From a virus: DNA of 42,791 nt. The stretch lies in the IMG/VR virus record IMGVR_UViG_3300048904_000146, positions 1 to 42,791 of that record. The stretch is one strand, 5' to 3'. Positions 8,368 to 16,665 of this stretch are shown piece by piece. Under the pieces are notes generated by a model. It was given only the letters and a program-made list of their open reading frames with translations, had not been told where the DNA came from and did not search any database. The position numbers and the translations under genes are program-made. How positions within the stretch are numbered: the stretch's first letter is position 1; each line of letters starts with the position of its first letter.

Positions 8368-9671
8368 AGCTGAACTCCTGCGAAATCCGCGGCCGGCCCG
8401 GCGGCAACAGCATCCCGCCGATCGGTGTCGGGGGCGATGGTCTGCCCCGAACTGTCCTTGAGGGTGAAGCGCAGCGACAGATCGTCGAGCGCCTCCTTGC
8501 GCGCAGCCTTGTCGGCTGCGGGGATCTTGGCCTTGATCAAGCGCTCGGCCTCGGTGATTGTCGCCAGCTTGCGCGGGAAGACGTCATCGGCGTCGATGCC
8601 ATAGACCATCTCCAGATAGCCGGCGATCTCGCTCTCGTTGTCGATCCACTTCCGGCGGCCGATCTTGTCGACCAGCTTGAAGCCCGGCACCGGCACGCCC
8701 TGCTGCAGCAGCCCGAAGGCGAAGTCGCGCACCTGCTGTGCCCACGCCTCCAGCACGCCGAGCCCTTGCAGCACCTGGCCGATGCGCGCGGCGTCCATGT
8801 CGGCAGGCTTGGGCAGCGCCTTGGGGCTCATGCCCGCGATGTCGTGGAAGTCGACGCCGATCGACGCGACAACCTCCTGCTGCTTGGCAGGGCAGATCGC
8901 GGCCGCCGCGCACCAGCGGCAGTGCGATCCGGGGTTGAGCCCCGCAACCGGAACGGATCCGCTATCGCGAAGCCGTACCTGCCAGGCTTTCGCCTCCGTC
9001 ACGGCCTGCTCGATCGTGCCGATGAACTCGATCAGCTCGAACGTGTCCATCGCCCATCGCTTGACGCCAGGCACGTCATAGTCGTCGGCGTCTCGGGCGC
9101 GCGGCTGGACGATGACGAGCTCGATCTCGGCCAGGTGCCAGTCGGGATGCGACAGCGCCGCGCCCGCGCCGTAGAACTTCAGCTGTGGGCTGTCTTCGAC
9201 CGACACGCTGACGCCCTGGCCGTGCTTGTAATCGAAGATCACCAGGCGGCCGAGCGACGGGTGATAGACCAGCGCGTCGTTGGCGCCGAACACCTCGCCC
9301 GGCTCGGCCGACGAGATCGGCAGCTCGAACCGCTCTTCGATGAGCAGGATCGCGTCGGCGCTGCGGCCGAGCTCTTCGGCAACCGCGTCAAGATAAACCT
9401 GCACGGCGGCCGCCATCTCTTCGGTGACGATCTTCTTCGAGGCGAGCTTGGGGCTCGTGATCTCGTCGCCGATTCGCGTCGAGGCGTCGAAGCAGCGAGC
9501 GACGAGGCATTCTTCGGCCAGCTGGTGGGCGAAGGTGCCTTCGTCGGCATAGCTGCTCGACGCACGCTCTGGCACTGTCGCACAAAGGGCGACAGATCCA
9601 GGGCATGCGATGACGCGGCCGATGACCGAGCCACCGAAGGCGCTGTGTGCTTTGTTGGCGTGCTCGCTCAT
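8364..9671 (-). CDS. PD-(D/E)XK nuclease, DUF2800 family (Cas4-like Cys cluster)
   Basis: IFDYKHGQG core, N-terminal Cys ACPGS and C-terminal CRWCAAAAICP; SD ACGGAGA upstream of ATG 9671. Confidence 0.85.
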   Translation of the reverse strand: MSEHANKAHSAFGGSVIGRVIACPGSVALCATVPERASSSYADEGTFAHQLAEECLVARCFDASTRIGDEITSPKLASKKIVTEEMAAAVQVYLDAVAEELGRSADAILLIEERFELPISSAEPGEVFGANDALVYHPSLGRLVIFDYKHGQGVSVSVEDSPQLKFYGAGAALSHPDWHLAEIELVIVQPRARDADDYDVPGVKRWAMDTFELIEFIGTIEQAVTEAKAWQVRLRDSGSVPVAGLNPGSHCRWCAAAAICPAKQQEVVASIGVDFHDIAGMSPKALPKPADMDAARIGQVLQGLGVLEAWAQQVRDFAFGLLQQGVPVPGFKLVDKIGRRKWIDNESEIAGYLEMVYGIDADDVFPRKLATITEAERLIKAKIPAADKAARKEALDDLSLRFTLKDSSGQTIAPDTDRRDAVAAGPAADFAGVQL

Positions 9672-9697
9672 GGCTCTGTCTCCGTTCTCTGCGTGGA

Positions 9698-10351
9698 TCA
9701 GGCGGTCTTGGCGGCGACGAGCGCGTCGAGCACCTTGCGCATGATTGTGGGATCGTCCTTCGCCTTCTCGGCAACCGACGGCGAGCCGCTCGTCAGGCTC
9801 TTGCAGCCCGAGCTCTCTTCGAGGGTCTTCATCGCCACGCCCGCCGACTTGGCCTTCAGCAGATCGGACATCGCGTCCTTGAGCTGCTGCATCGTCACCT
9901 CTCCCGCAGCTGCCGCAGCGGTGTCAGCCGGGCTCGACGCCGCCGGCGCGGCGGCGACGGTTTCTTGGGTCGAAGTGGACGTAGATGGGGAAGCCGCCGC
10001 ATCGGCACTCCCACCATTCTGCGCGAAAGGGTCGACACCTTCCTGCTTGGGCGGGATGCTCTCGGCGGGCGGCGCGTCGGTGCCGCCGGGGGTCGGCTGC
10101 GGCTCGGGCGTGTGGACCGGCTCGATCGGCGTGCCGTCGGGGGCCTGCGTCGGCGCAGCAGCTTCGGTCTTCTTGCCGCGGCCGCGCGTCACGGGCTTGT
10201 CCGTAGCGGCCACGGCTTCCTGCGCGGCAGGCGTTGCGGCGATCTCAGGCATGATAGCCGCAGCGGCCGTCATCGTATTGCCGGCGAAGCGCGCGATCAG
10301 CTCGTTGAACTCGGTCACGCTTTCGGCGTGGATCTCAAGACGAATGGGCAT
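9698..10351 (-). CDS. Low-complexity Ala/Pro/Thr-rich protein (217 aa), function unknown
   Basis: ATG 10351 (MPIRLEIHAES...) with SD GGAGA; long disordered middle, structured N and C ends. Confidence 0.6.
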   Translation of the reverse strand: MPIRLEIHAESVTEFNELIARFAGNTMTAAAAIMPEIAATPAAQEAVAATDKPVTRGRGKKTEAAAPTQAPDGTPIEPVHTPEPQPTPGGTDAPPAESIPPKQEGVDPFAQNGGSADAAASPSTSTSTQETVAAAPAASSPADTAAAAAGEVTMQQLKDAMSDLLKAKSAGVAMKTLEESSGCKSLTSGSPSVAEKAKDDPTIMRKVLDALVAAKTA

Positions 10352-10374
10352 TGGGTGATCTCCAGTGTTGAGGC

Positions 10375-10388
10375 TTAACGTGTTATGC
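10375..10388 (-). promoter_or_regulatory. Motif copy S2: GCATAACacGTTAA (read on minus strand), 23 nt upstream of ATG 10351
   Basis: In the 53-bp gap between 10405 and 10351; preceded by TCGACA. Confidence 0.45.
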
Positions 10389-10404
10389 GTTGTCGATGAG
10401 GCTG

Positions 10405-10944
10405 TCAACCCCGTTCGACGGCAAGATGCTTTGCCATAGCGAGAGCGATCATACGCGCCATATAATCGACGTCGCGTGGCGACCAGTGCCGGTGCCGATC
10501 GTCGCCCATAGCGTAAGCCACGCTGCCGTTGCGGCTTTCCAGCACGATACGGAGTTGGCGCCGCATCTTGTCGGCTTCCGGCCCGTCAATCCGTGCCAGG
10601 TAGATCGCCGCCTCGATCACGTTTTCGGTGCGTACGAACTGCGGTGCCTCTTCCGATCCTCGGGGGCCAGCAGCCATCAACCGGACCGGCGGAAGCATTT
10701 GGAGCGCGCCGCCGAAAGCGCGAATGTCGCGCACCTCGCGCCGCATCACCTGCTCATTAAAGGCACTCTCCGGCCCTAGCAGATGCGCGATGTCTTCTGC
10801 CCACGTCGATAACCGGCTGCGTAGCTCCTGCGCTTCACGGCCGCGGGCGGCGCTACGGTTTAAGGCCTCCGATAGCAGGTCGTTTTTAGTCGCGATCTCC
10901 TCGCGCATATGCCGACGCTGGTTGCGCCCAAATCTTTTAGCCAT
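10405..10944 (-). CDS. Hypothetical protein (179 aa; MAKRFGRNQRRH...)
   Basis: ATG 10944 with SD ACGGAGAAG; high GC3. Confidence 0.65.
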   Translation of the reverse strand: MAKRFGRNQRRHMREEIATKNDLLSEALNRSAARGREAQELRSRLSTWAEDIAHLLGPESAFNEQVMRREVRDIRAFGGALQMLPPVRLMAAGPRGSEEAPQFVRTENVIEAAIYLARIDGPEADKMRRQLRIVLESRNGSVAYAMGDDRHRHWSPRDVDYMARMIALAMAKHLAVERG

Positions 10945-11116
10945 GATCTTCTCCGTTGTTAAAGCGAACGACGTCAAGTCGCATATCTTTCGGCGGGCAG
11001 CGAGAGGGCTTCTTCGGCTGGATCGCCATGAGACGCAACACCTCGCCCGATCGGCCGGCCAGCGCCGCGCGCACGCGCTGCTCGATCTCCGCTTTCGGCA
11101 GGTACGAGTTACCCAT
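10937..11116 (-). CDS. Hypothetical small protein (59 aa)
   Basis: ATG 11116 six nt after GAGGAGAA; 8-nt overlap with next gene. Confidence 0.5.
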   Translation of the reverse strand: MGNSYLPKAEIEQRVRAALAGRSGEVLRLMAIQPKKPSRCPPKDMRLDVVRFNNGEDHG

Positions 11117-11194
11117 CCTCACTTCTCCTCTGGAGGTGTGATACGGTCTCCGATCTTGCGGAAATCATCGTCTTCGAAGGCGCATGGATAGCCA

Positions 11195-11293
11195 TTAAGC
11201 CACCATGCGCCCTGATCCCACTGGCCGAACGCCGCCAGGCACCGCACGGCTGTCGATTATATCCGACGGCTTGCCGCATTCGGGGCACTTCAC
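11195..11293 (-). CDS. Micro-ORF with CPEC zinc-ribbon half motif (32 aa); possibly the 5' part of a frameshifted or split gene
   Basis: GTGA overlap with stop of 11290..12090; VKCPECGKPSDIIDSR...; GC3 signal moves to another frame after about codon 20. Confidence 0.3.
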   Translation of the reverse strand: MKCPECGKPSDIIDSRAVPGGVRPVGSGRMVA

Positions 11294-12090
11294 CGTGGAC
11301 CTCCGTGGTTGAGTGCTGCGAGAATGGCGGCGACCATTTCGTCATCGAACCGCCCGGCGTAGAACCGAGCAATCGGAAGACCATCTTTGGCGAGGATCGT
11401 CGTCTTGCTTGTGCCCTCGGCCGATACGGTCCACGCCTCCCGCACAGCATCCCCGGATACTGGTTGAGGGGTGGCGAGAGGAACACCGCCGCAACCTCCG
11501 CACGTGTCACAGGTCTGGCCAGCCACGGCCATGCCGCTCCCATCGCAGTGCGGGCAAATGTCCATGTCCGCTTCTCCTCCGCCGATAGCCTCGGGCTCCC
11601 TCACCTCGGAGATGGCGGCGCGGGCAACCACGCAAATGTCAGCTGCAAGCTCGTCCGAGAGGTTCACGTTTTCAAAGCCCAACGGCTGACACGGGTCTAG
11701 CTCGTGGAGTATCCTCAGTGCCGCCTCCCGCAACAAACCAGGAGACGCGCCGAAGGAGGTGGACAGGGCGGCGCGGGCGATGCCGGCAGCATAGTTCCCT
11801 GCGCGGTTGTAGCCCTGGCGATCTATCTTGTCGGCCCAATCGCCCGTTTCAAACGCCGGGGCAAACGCTGCGATTTTTCCGAGCGCTTCCCGCAACCGCT
11901 CCACCTCACCCATCAGCGCGGCTGTGGATTGATTGCGGTGGCGGGCGAGGATTTCTGCCGATTCCAGCAGGTCGCCATAATGGGCGTATCCAGGGGAAAA
12001 CCTGCCCTCACCCGCGTCGAAAAAGTCGCGTGCCGCTCGGATGAAGTTCAGGGCATCCTCTTCCAGGTCTGCATCAGTTACTTGCGTCAT
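11290..12090 (-). CDS. Hypothetical protein with DnaJ-type CxxCxGxG zinc-finger segment (266 aa)
   Basis: ATG 12090 with SD ACGGAGAACC; motif CPHCDGSGMAVAGQTCDTCGGCG. Confidence 0.7.
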   Translation of the reverse strand: MTQVTDADLEEDALNFIRAARDFFDAGEGRFSPGYAHYGDLLESAEILARHRNQSTAALMGEVERLREALGKIAAFAPAFETGDWADKIDRQGYNRAGNYAAGIARAALSTSFGASPGLLREAALRILHELDPCQPLGFENVNLSDELAADICVVARAAISEVREPEAIGGGEADMDICPHCDGSGMAVAGQTCDTCGGCGGVPLATPQPVSGDAVREAWTVSAEGTSKTTILAKDGLPIARFYAGRFDDEMVAAILAALNHGGPR

Positions 12091-13426
12091 GGTGGTTCTC
12101 CGTTCCGTAGTTTTCGATGGATGCGATCGCCGCGGTCTTCCGCGCAACCGTCTCACTCACAACCTCGTCGATCGAGCCCGCAAGCGAGATGAAGCGCGCA
12201 TTGACCCTGCGCCCCTGGCCGATCCGGTGGACGCGCATCAGCGCCTGCGCGTTGTCTGCCGGCGCCCAGCTGCTCTCGAACATGTCGAGATCCGACGCCG
12301 CGGTGAGCGTCAGCCCCGTGCCGGCCGCGCGGATGTTGCCGACGAACACCCGGTGCGCGGGATCGTTCTGGAACGACTGCACGGCGGCCATCCGGTCGGC
12401 CTCCTTGGTCTTGCCGTCGACCAGCGTCGTCCACAGCCCTTCGCCCGCTAGATAGCTGGTGATGATCTCCGCGGCGCGCGTGTGCCAGGTGAAAATCACC
12501 ATCTTGTCGCGGCCGTTCTTCATCTCCTCGGCGATCAGCTTGGCATATGCCGGCGCCTTGGCCTCGCCGACCAGGCGGCGCAGCGTGGCGATGTGCTGCG
12601 CGTCGAGAAACGACAGACCGCCCTGCTCGATCGCGTCGACGATCGCCTGCTCGAGCCCCGGCCACTCCTTCAGCAGTGCCTTGATCTCGCCGGTGTCGCC
12701 GTCGACCGTGGTCGTCGTGAGGTGGATCGGCGGCAGGTTGAGCCCCGCCTCGCGCTTTGAGCGCTTCAGCCGGAAGGCGTCGAGCGCCATCTTGAGCTCG
12801 GGGATCATCTCGTCGCGCGGCGTCTGCTTCGCGCTGAACGTGCCCATCCGGCTCTTGAAATAGCGTGCGGTGAACGCGGTCAGCCCGAGGGGCGTGCCGC
12901 CGACGAAGCGCAGCCACGGCCACACGTCGACCGGATCGTTCGGCATCGGCGTGCCGGTGAGGAACCACACATGTCCTGCCCAGCGCGCCAGGCCGCCGGC
13001 GCCGTCGCAGTGCGTGCCGAGCATCGCCCTGGTCCGCGCCGAGGTGGGCGTCTTGAGATAGTGCGCCTCGTCGAAGATCAGGGCGTCGAACACGTCGCCT
13101 TCGATCTTGTCGGCCCATTTGGCGGCGAGCTCGTAGGACAGCAGCATGACGTCGGCGCGGCCCTTCAGCCAAACGCCCAGGTCGTGGATGCTCTTGGCCT
13201 TGAGCACCTTGCGCGGGATCTTCGCGAACTTCTTGATCTCGCCGTGCCATACCTCGCGAACGGCTGCGGGGCACACGATGATCGCGCGGCGCGCGCCGAT
13301 CCGGTCGAGCGCGCCGATCGCCTGCGCGCTTTTCCCGATTCCCATTTCATCGTGCAGCCCGGCGCGGCTTTTCGACGCCAGGAACTCGGCACCGGTTACC
13401 TGGTAGGGCATCAGTTGCAGGGTCAT
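12074..13426 (-). CDS. SNF2-family (DEAD/H-like) helicase
   Basis: Motif I DEMGIGKS, motif II FDEAHYLK, motif III FLTGTP, motif V NIRAAGTGLTL, motif VI QALMRVHRIGQ; start MTLQLMPYQ at 13426 preferred over 13501. Confidence 0.9.
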   Translation of the reverse strand: MTLQLMPYQVTGAEFLASKSRAGLHDEMGIGKSAQAIGALDRIGARRAIIVCPAAVREVWHGEIKKFAKIPRKVLKAKSIHDLGVWLKGRADVMLLSYELAAKWADKIEGDVFDALIFDEAHYLKTPTSARTRAMLGTHCDGAGGLARWAGHVWFLTGTPMPNDPVDVWPWLRFVGGTPLGLTAFTARYFKSRMGTFSAKQTPRDEMIPELKMALDAFRLKRSKREAGLNLPPIHLTTTTVDGDTGEIKALLKEWPGLEQAIVDAIEQGGLSFLDAQHIATLRRLVGEAKAPAYAKLIAEEMKNGRDKMVIFTWHTRAAEIITSYLAGEGLWTTLVDGKTKEADRMAAVQSFQNDPAHRVFVGNIRAAGTGLTLTAASDLDMFESSWAPADNAQALMRVHRIGQGRRVNARFISLAGSIDEVVSETVARKTAAIASIENYGTENHHDASN

Positions 13427-13457
13427 AGCGCCCGCACCCGCTGGTTCGTATCGTCGT

Positions 13458-13664
13458 TCATGACTGAGTCTCCAAGGCGCGGCGAACCGCAAGGCCCTCA
13501 CGGTTCAGCACAATGTGGAAGTGCCCCTTATCCTTGATGATCGTTGACCAGAGGGGGAAGACCAAGGAGGACACCGCGTCCTCGTGGGAGCCTTGACCTG
13601 TTCTGACGAGGCGCTGCTGTGTTTTGCTCAGCTTGCTTGCGATCTCCCGCGCTTCGTCGTTCAT
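13458..13664 (-). CDS. Hypothetical protein (68 aa)
   Basis: ATGA overlap with upstream stop; high GC3. Confidence 0.6.
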   Translation of the reverse strand: MNDEAREIASKLSKTQQRLVRTGQGSHEDAVSSLVFPLWSTIIKDKGHFHIVLNREGLAVRRALETQS

Positions 13665-13846
13665 GACTGCACACTCCGGAGGGCTGCGACAGAATGATCA
13701 AGGGCGGCGGCGATCTTTCGCGCCCGATCTTCCGAGGGGAAACCTTCTGCACCGCAATCGAGCAAATATCCGTCATCCAAGCGAACGAACCATACGGTCC
13801 CGACGCCGCAGTCCGCGCGATGCTGCACCTTGCAAATCCGATCCAT
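13661..13846 (-). CDS. Hypothetical protein (61 aa)
   Basis: ATG 13846 six nt after AGGAGG (GTG 13849 alternative); overlaps upstream stop. Confidence 0.6.
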   Translation of the reverse strand: MDRICKVQHRADCGVGTVWFVRLDDGYLLDCGAEGFPSEDRARKIAAALDHSVAALRSVQS

Positions 13847-14157
13847 CACGCCCCTCCTGCGATCTTGGCACCACGGAGGGCTGCACGGGCCTGTTCCAGC
13901 GCATCGGCCTTGATGGTGCAGTCGTGGTCACCGTTCGGCTTGCAGGGCGACAGGTGCGTGGCTTCGTAGACCATGCGCTCCAGCGCCTCCACCAGCGGCT
14001 TTACTGCTTCTGTGCGGTGGCGGGCGAACCACTTGAGATCGTCGATATCATCCCATTCGCCAGCCCTGATGTTATCGGCGTCTCGCTGGCTCACGCGCCC
14101 GATACGGACGAAAAGATCAGCCATCGCCTCACGATCGGCCTGTGTAACCTCAGCCAT
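13846..14157 (-). CDS. Hypothetical protein (103 aa; MAEVTQADREAMADLF...)
   Basis: ATG 14157 with SD AAGGAGAG; high GC3. Confidence 0.65.
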   Translation of the reverse strand: MAEVTQADREAMADLFVRIGRVSQRDADNIRAGEWDDIDDLKWFARHRTEAVKPLVEALERMVYEATHLSPCKPNGDHDCTIKADALEQARAALRGAKIAGGA

Positions 14158-14170
14158 TGCTTTGCTCTCC

Positions 14171-14347
14171 TTAGAGATAGATGACGACACCATAGCCGCG
14201 CTCCTTCAGGGCTTTCGGGGCGTCTTGGACACTCCAGACAGCGCCATCAAATTCACCCACCGCCGGGTCTTGATCATGGGCGCACACTGCAACCTTGGCA
14301 GTCGCGGGCAGCTTCTTGAGTTCCGCGATCAACTTGCGAACGGTCAT
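14171..14347 (-). CDS. Hypothetical small protein (58 aa; MTVRKLIAELKKLP...)
   Basis: ATG 14347 two nt after upstream stop; common small-phage-protein N-terminus. Confidence 0.6.
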   Translation of the reverse strand: MTVRKLIAELKKLPATAKVAVCAHDQDPAVGEFDGAVWSVQDAPKALKERGYGVVIYL

Positions 14348-14349
14348 GC

Positions 14350-14559
14350 TCACCGGCTTTGCTCCTGATGGGTGGAGAGGGTGGGGGGGGGTTCCTCGAT
14401 CCAGTGCGTGGGCTCCCACTCAAGGCAGTCTTCCGGCTCGGTGGCCCAATAGTAGCCGCCGTAATCCGCCTCTGCTTTCTGGGCCTTGGCTACGTTCTCG
14501 CCATCGGTGACGAATGCCACCTGCCACATCGGGCAAGTTTCGATCAGCTTCCAACCCAT
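14350..14559 (-). CDS. DUF551-like small protein (69 aa)
   Basis: MGWKLIETCP... and ...PTHWIEEPPP resemble the W..IE..P / THW..lP.pP pattern of DUF551; TGATG junction with upstream gene. Confidence 0.6.
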   Translation of the reverse strand: MGWKLIETCPMWQVAFVTDGENVAKAQKAEADYGGYYWATEPEDCLEWEPTHWIEEPPPTLSTHQEQSR

Positions 14560-14762
14560 CACTTCGCCTCTCCCTTCACGATAGCCGCGATACGCACCGA
14601 GCGTGCGCGGCGGCTGTTGCACCAAGCCGGTTGGGACAGGGCGACATCGACGGGGCGAACTGTTGCGCGATCTCCGCTAATGCGCTCGACCACAGCGTCG
14701 TAATCCAAGCCGCGCGCTGGCCCGGCGCGCACGACTACCTTGTCGCCTACGGAAACTGTCAC
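14559..14762 (-). CDS. Hypothetical protein (67 aa)
   Basis: GTG start in GTGA overlap with upstream micro-ORF; high GC3. Confidence 0.55.
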   Translation of the reverse strand: MTVSVGDKVVVRAGPARGLDYDAVVERISGDRATVRPVDVALSQPAWCNSRRARSVRIAAIVKGEAK

Positions 14763-14860
14763 TTCGCGCCCTCCCCCATCTTGAAGATGCTCTCCACGAT
14801 CTCCGGGGAGATGGTAGGATGGGCTGCCTTGGCGAGGTCGAGAGGGGTGAAGTCAGTCAT
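14759..14860 (-). CDS. Micro-ORF (33 aa; MTDFTPLDLAKAAHPTISPEIVESIFKMGEGAK)
   Basis: ATGA overlap with RuvC stop and GTGA overlap with next start; high GC3; not in the >=60-aa track as such. Confidence 0.35.
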   Translation of the reverse strand: MTDFTPLDLAKAAHPTISPEIVESIFKMGEGAK

Positions 14861-15513
14861 ATCTTTGTGAACCCATCTGTTCTGCACGGCACGTTGCTGG
14901 AGCGCGGCGGCATACCCATCCGTGCCCGGGTGGCCTGCGCACTGATCACCTTGCGCTCCGCGGCGGCCTGCCGGGCCTGCGCGGCGCGCGCAATATCCGT
15001 CTCGTCGCGCGGCGTGCGCTGCGTGAACTGCCCTTTGACCCAGCGTTCGCCATAGAGCGCCAGCATGGCCGCTTCGGCCTTGCCGTCGTCCTTGACGCGC
15101 GGCCACAGGTGGCGGTGCGCGGGCAGCATCTCGCTGGCGCGGTGGCGCGCCGCGGTCTTGTCCTTCGGCACCTTGAGCGCCGCTTTCCACACCGCAGGCG
15201 GAACCGTTTCCAGCGCCAGCCCTGCAGCCATCGCGGCCATGCGGACAGCGCCATAGCCCTGGCCGAAGCTGAAGGCGGCCGGCGCGCTCTGCCCGGGAAT
15301 GCCGCCGACCTGCTCGATGAACAGGTGGGTAGCGCCGAGCGCCGCAAAGGTCTGGAGCAGCGACAGCACTTCGCCTTCGTCGATCACGTCGCGCAAGGCC
15401 CGGCCCTTGATCTGGCGCTTCTGCGTGGGCATCGGCACGACTTCAAACCGGCCGCTCTCCCAATCGTTGAAGCAGAAGGCACCTTCGATGCCGGGGTCAC
15501 AGGAGACGATCAC
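14857..15513 (-). CDS. RuvC-like Holliday junction resolvase
   Basis: VSCDPGIEGA..., FIEQVGGIPGQSAPAAFSFGQGYG, PAVWK, KDDGKAEAAMLALYG; start moved to GTG 15513 (GGAGG 7 nt upstream) instead of ATG 15543, which lacks an SD. Confidence 0.85.
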   Translation of the reverse strand: MIVSCDPGIEGAFCFNDWESGRFEVVPMPTQKRQIKGRALRDVIDEGEVLSLLQTFAALGATHLFIEQVGGIPGQSAPAAFSFGQGYGAVRMAAMAAGLALETVPPAVWKAALKVPKDKTAARHRASEMLPAHRHLWPRVKDDGKAEAAMLALYGERWVKGQFTQRTPRDETDIARAAQARQAAAERKVISAQATRARMGMPPRSSNVPCRTDGFTKI

Positions 15514-15546
15514 CAAAAATCCTCCAAGGTTGATCCCCGGCATATA

Positions 15547-15560
15547 CTAACACGTTATGC
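15547..15560 (-). promoter_or_regulatory. Motif copy S1: GCATAACgtGTTAG (read on minus strand), 33 nt upstream of GTG 15513, immediately after a strong hairpin
   Basis: Preceded by TTGTCA; lies in the 116-bp gap 15514-15629. Confidence 0.45.
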
Positions 15561-15566
15561 ATGACA

Positions 15567-15599
15567 AGGCCCGCCGCGACGGAAAATCGCGGCGGGCCT
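15567..15599 (-). terminator. Perfect 13-bp-stem hairpin AGGCCCGCCGCGA / TCGCGGCGGGCCT with 7-nt loop, 30 nt after stop of the HTH gene
   Basis: Arms 15567-15579 and 15587-15599 are exact reverse complements; no long U tract follows on the minus strand. Confidence 0.5.
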
Positions 15600-15629
15600 G
15601 AAAACCCCATGATTGCGGATAGCGCTTCC

Positions 15630-16283
15630 CTAGTCGAGAAGACCCACCGCGGCGTTCAAGTCGCGTGCCAGCTCGGCCATGAGGATCTGGCGCATTTCGA
15701 TCTCGGCGATCATGCGCCGCACCTGCTTGACGTTGAGCTTTTCGGCCAGGCGCTTGGTCGCGTAGGCCTGTGCGGTGGTGCGCGCGATGCCGAGCAACTC
15801 GGAGACTTCGCGGTCGTTGCAGCCGGTCGATTCCTTGAACCGCCCAATGAACGACGCGCCCAGATCGGTCTTATTCCGCGGCCGGGGCGCCGCTGGAGCA
15901 CGATCCGGGCTCTTGGCAGGGGTTATAGCCTCGGCGGCTGTTTCGGACTCCAGCGGCGCCGTGGGGGCAATTCGCTGCGCGCCGCACGTCATGCACCGAC
16001 CATTGCCGGCAACAGGCTCCTTGCCGCCGCACGACGCGCCCTGCAGCCCGTTGAGGCGGCACGGCTCAATACCGGGCACCGAAGCGACAGGAACGGCTGC
16101 AGCACTGGCCGCTGCGGTCAGGGTCTCGGCTGCTTCGATTGCAAGGGCGATCTCTAGCGGATCGTCGCAAGGCGTCGCGAAACCGCCGAGGAGCGCAGCC
16201 GCTTCAGCGGTGCGCTCCCCTTCGTTCATCAGCGGGAAGGTGGGATCGGCGGCAAGCGCGGCCCCTGCTTCGTCTGGCGTCAT
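15630..16283 (-). CDS. Zn-ribbon plus helix-turn-helix DNA-binding protein (217 aa), last gene of the early block
   Basis: C-x12-C-x13-C-x2-C segment (EPCRLNG...SCGG...RCMTCG) and C-terminal HTH NDREVSELLGIARTTAQAYATKR; ATG 16283 preferred over GTG 16298. Confidence 0.7.
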   Translation of the reverse strand: MTPDEAGAALAADPTFPLMNEGERTAEAAALLGGFATPCDDPLEIALAIEAAETLTAAASAAAVPVASVPGIEPCRLNGLQGASCGGKEPVAGNGRCMTCGAQRIAPTAPLESETAAEAITPAKSPDRAPAAPRPRNKTDLGASFIGRFKESTGCNDREVSELLGIARTTAQAYATKRLAEKLNVKQVRRMIAEIEMRQILMAELARDLNAAVGLLD

Positions 16284-16284
16284 C

Positions 16285-16452
16285 TCAATTCCCTTCACAA
16301 TACCAGGCGTCGGCGTTCCAGCGCGTGCCCGGCTGCGCAGCGGCGCAGTCCTTGTCCCATTTCGCCTGTAGCGCCAGGCCGCAGCAAAGCAGCGTGAAGC
16401 CTGACAGGATCCACACCGCGACGGCCACGCGGCGGCGATGGCGGGCGCTCAC
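16285..16452 (-). CDS. Micro-ORF encoding a single-pass membrane peptide (55 aa)
   Basis: GTGA overlap with upstream stop; VSARHRRRVAVAVWILSGFTLLCCGLAL...; high GC3; below the ORF-track cutoff. Confidence 0.4.
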   Translation of the reverse strand: MSARHRRRVAVAVWILSGFTLLCCGLALQAKWDKDCAAAQPGTRWNADAWYCEGN

Positions 16453-16595
16453 TTGCGCGGCGCTTTCATAGCCGCCGTCACCGAACGGCGGATCGTCTGC
16501 TGTACCAAGGCGCGGCCGCGCAGATGGTTGATAGCCTGCATGCGATCCATGCCGGTTTCGCGCATCACGCGCTCGATATCCTGTTCCTTGGGCAT
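16449..16595 (-). CDS. Micro-ORF (48 aa; MPKEQDIERVMRETGMDRMQAINHLRG...)
   Basis: ATG 16595 directly downstream of repeat copy A, which supplies SD ACGGAGAAACG; high GC3; below the ORF-track cutoff. Confidence 0.5.
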   Translation of the reverse strand: MPKEQDIERVMRETGMDRMQAINHLRGRALVQQTIRRSVTAAMKAPRK

Positions 16596-16598
16596 TGT

Positions 16599-16665
16599 CG
16601 TTTCTCCGTTGGTGCCATCATAGCCCCGCAGCGGCCAGCGCCGCGGGGCGTAGGGGCATCAAATC
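16599..16665. repeat. 67-bp intergenic repeat, copy A (stop codon + hairpin + SD)
   Basis: Identical to 16878-16944; contains hairpin 16623-16649, which on the minus-strand RNA is fully paired with one G-U. Confidence 0.9.

Noticed and set aside
14759-15190. 143-aa minus-strand ORF overlapping the RuvC gene in another frame
   Set aside because: The RuvC frame carries the family motifs. Only the last 33 codons of this ORF (downstream of the RuvC stop) are kept as a possible micro-ORF.
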